Assembly: GCA_002269645.1 (NCBI GenBank)
Contig: NIVC01001630.1
Coordinates: forward strand, 193,331 to 257,330
Length of the DNA: 64,000 bases
Source of the DNA: Macrostomum lignano
Lineage: Eukaryota
Direction of reading: 5' to 3'
The position numbers and the translations under genes are program-made. Below the pieces are notes generated by a model. That model had not been told where the DNA came from. It saw only the letters and a list, made by a program, of their open reading frames with translations, and made no database searches. This document shows positions 61,481 through 64,000 of the stretch, one piece after another (positions within the stretch are counted from its first letter, which is position 1; each line of letters starts with the position of its first letter).

Positions 61481-62290
61481 ATGATGAAGCTAATTCTGCT
61501 TCTGCTGCTATGCTATACATTGAAAATTTCGTTTGCCATGACCGTCCACCTCAAATTCAAGGTGGTCAAACTGCGCAGCACCTCGACTCCAGTTGCCATG
61601 GCGACCCTGCGTGGCAGGGATTCAATGAACTGCGCCACGCTCTGCGCTTTGAGGCCCACCTGTTTCGGCTTCAGCTGGCTGCAGGGTCTGTGCCGACTCT
61701 TTGACTGGCTGGCCTTCAACAGCCCCGATGGCTGGCAGGTCTCGGAGTCATGCGATGTGTACACCAGGATTGTCGGTAAGATGCCATGCACCAAGTATTC
61801 GGAACTGGCTTATTCAATCTTGTGGAAATTATTGTGTGCCTAAATATAATGTGACAAGCTCGTGGTACAAGTACTCTGACTGCCACTAATTTCCAGACTC
61901 ACAAACTCGGCTGCAATTCGGAAGCTGCACGCAGAGCTCAACGAAAACACCGGGCGTTTGCGGACGAGCAATTGACGGAAACAGGAACCAAGACTACTAT
62001 GGAGATTCCTGCGCCCACACCGAAAACAACCCGTTCGAATGGTGGGAGGGCAGCTGGCCGCTCCATCGCTTGTCTCATACGTCACCATCTACAATAGGCA
62101 GGACTGCTGCGCTGGCCGGATCAACAAATTCTCGCTGCACGTGAACGGCGTCGAGTGCAACCGAGTGAACCTGAGAGAGCCGTTTTCCGTGGCCAACTTC
62201 GGCTGCAACGCCTTCGGCAGCCGAGTTCGAGTGACGAACCTGCGCAGCGAGAGCCTGACCATTTGCGAGATTGAGGCTTACACTCTGTAG
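61481..62290 (+). CDS. Secreted PAN/Apple plus F-type (fucose-binding) lectin; 1-nt frameshift at ~62049 as assembled
   Basis: Exon 1 61481-61775: signal peptide plus CATLCALRPTCFGFSW...LCRL (PAN). Exon 2 61897-62290: QSST..RAIDGN..SCAHT..EWWE(fs)GQL..VTIYNRQDCCAGR..LTICEIEAY. AATAAA at 62332. Confidence 0.85.
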
Positions 62291-62476
62291 ATGAGCTGAA
62301 CGGCTGTGATGCAAACCGGATCACAGCAATCAATAAAACTTAAAGTTCTCTGTAGGAACCTTCAAGCATTCCAAAAACGAATATATCTTTGCGACTTGGC
62401 AGTTTTTTTGTTGCTTTCGACTGGGCATTAAACCCAGACGGCACTGACACTAATTATTGGTGACATATATTTGGCA

Positions 62477-62536
62477 AACTTGCTCAGCCAGTGCCTGATC
62501 ATCTGCGAGCTTGAGGCTCGACTCGGATGTAACTAA
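62477..62536 (+). pseudogene. Isolated duplicated 3' end of an F-type lectin gene
   Basis: Encodes NLLSQCLIICELEARLGCN*, against NLRSESLTICEIEAYTL* at 62237-62290; own AATAAA at 62544. Confidence 0.6.
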
Positions 62537-63169
62537 GCCTTTAAATAAAGTACCATTGAACATGAGTAATACTCGAAATTACATGTAAATATACACGCAG
62601 CAACATCGAAAAGTCGCCATCACAGCAGATTCCGTCTGTGGTCGTCACTTTTGAGAGCGCAGGTAAAGTCTCTCAATCTTTGCGAGTGACGCAACTCGGC
62701 TACGCCGCGGCAGACTTGAGTTGAGGAATGAAGTGGGGAGCGGTGTGCGAGGGTTGGACGGATTAAAGCTACCCCGATCAGTTTTCTCGTATCTTTTACT
62801 TCCGAATAGTTCAACAGAAATTGCTCACTGGAACGATCCAATTCTGTCGCTTTTTATCTCAAAAAGTTCTCATACATTTATATACCATGGATTTAAATAT
62901 TAGATTGTGCCATGCAGAGCAGGGGGGGTTGTTGCAAGCAACCAAAGTACTTTTCACCAAGATAGAGCAATGATGACTTTTAGTTTTAGAAATTTTATAA
63001 AGTATTATTCGTTCCATACTACTTATAGCAGACAACAGGGTTGTCGCCACCAGAGTGGACAGGGGGACATGTCCCCCTAGTAAAAACTTAGGGGAGACAT
63101 ACAATGCTTTGCCCCCCACCCACCGTATCTTGTGACCCGTTGTGAAAAGCAATAGTTTTGTTTCAGGGC

Positions 63170-63445
63170 GCTAAAATATAGCAACTGCGGCGCCAAAATG
63201 AGTGCCTGATTTGCTAAAATGAGTGCCTGTGGCGCTAAAATGAGTGCCTACGGCGCTAAAATGAGTGCCTGTGGCGCTAAAATGAGTGCCTAAGGCGCTA
63301 AAATGAGTGCATGCGGCGCTCAAATGAGTGCATGCGGCGCTAAAATGAGTGCATGCGGCGCTCAAATGAGTGCATGCGGCGCTCAAATGAGTGCATGCGG
63401 CGCTAAAAAGTTCCTGCGGCGTTATGAGTGTCTGCGGCGCCAAAA
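63170..63445. repeat. 21-bp minisatellite (GCGCTAAAATGAGTGCCTGTG)n
   Basis: Tandem periodicity. Confidence 0.9.
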
Positions 63446-63572
63446 GGAGTGCTGACAACACCGATTCTCAAAATATTGTACCACGTACGTAGGAGTTTAG
63501 AGTGATGTATATGTACACGTAAAATTCTTCGCTTTGTCACCCACCACCCCCTCCCCAGGAACGCTTGTACCA

Positions 63573-63755
63573 GGACGGGAAGCTACAAAAGTTGAAGGCC
63601 GATCTATTAATAACTTAGTCCTCAAAAGCATTACTTAGATAGGTTTTACCCCGCAGTCAGTGAGTTTGCGTCTAGGGTAAAAACCTATCCAAGTAATGCT
63701 TTTCGAGGACCATGTTATTAATAAATCGGCCTCCAACTTTTGTAGCTTCCCGTCC
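63573..63755. mobile_element. Palindromic hairpin element (MITE-like), ~183 bp
   Basis: GGACGGGAAGCTACAAAAGTTG...TAGGTTTTACCC left arm and GGGTAAAAACCTA...CAACTTTTGTAGCTTCCCGTCC right arm, separated by a ~23-nt loop. Confidence 0.8.
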
Positions 63756-64000
63756 CTATGTATTTAGCAGTCCCTGCCCCCACCCCCAACCATAAAATCT
63801 ATGGCGACGCCCTCTGGCAGATAGTGAAACGAGTTATCGAATACTCTACCAGGATTTTCCATCTACATCTGTCGCTTCCGTCGTCATGGTGATGACAAAC
63901 CGGGCTCACTGCTGTCAGAGCTAATATTTGACAATTTAACTCGTGTTTGATCGGTCTAAAGGCTTCACAATCGGAATTCTGTACCCATTAGATGCAGCTG

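Overview
Eukaryotic (animal) genomic DNA: spliceosomal GT-AG introns, many filled with different minisatellites. This style is reminiscent of the flatworm Macrostomum, which is an inference only. Most long ORFs in the supplied track are artefacts of stop-free tandem repeats. Genes reconstructed by hand: (1) 5' exons of an Inscuteable homologue (minus, 9359 downward); (2) a compact secreted-effector island at 10.1-26.3 kb with three two-exon prepro-protein genes (signal peptide plus acidic propiece exon, phase-0 intron after Asp, payload exon) and a divergent pair of M12B/ADAMTS-like metalloproteases, where one payload is a ~45 x 12-residue helical-repeat protein behind a Lys-rich leader and another is a 53-residue Arg/Trp-rich peptide missing from the ORF track; (3) a PLEKHG5-like DH-PH RhoGEF (minus, ~29.7-45.9 kb); (4) CFAP97/KIAA1430 (plus, 52.2-59.3 kb); (5) a PAN/Apple plus F-type lectin gene with a 1-nt frameshift (61.5-62.3 kb). 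Mobile DNA includes a truncated mariner with ~197-bp inverted ends, a TTAA-flanked piggyBac-like MITE, a tRNA-derived SINE and a hairpin MITE. All splice models are read from sequence only and need transcript confirmation.
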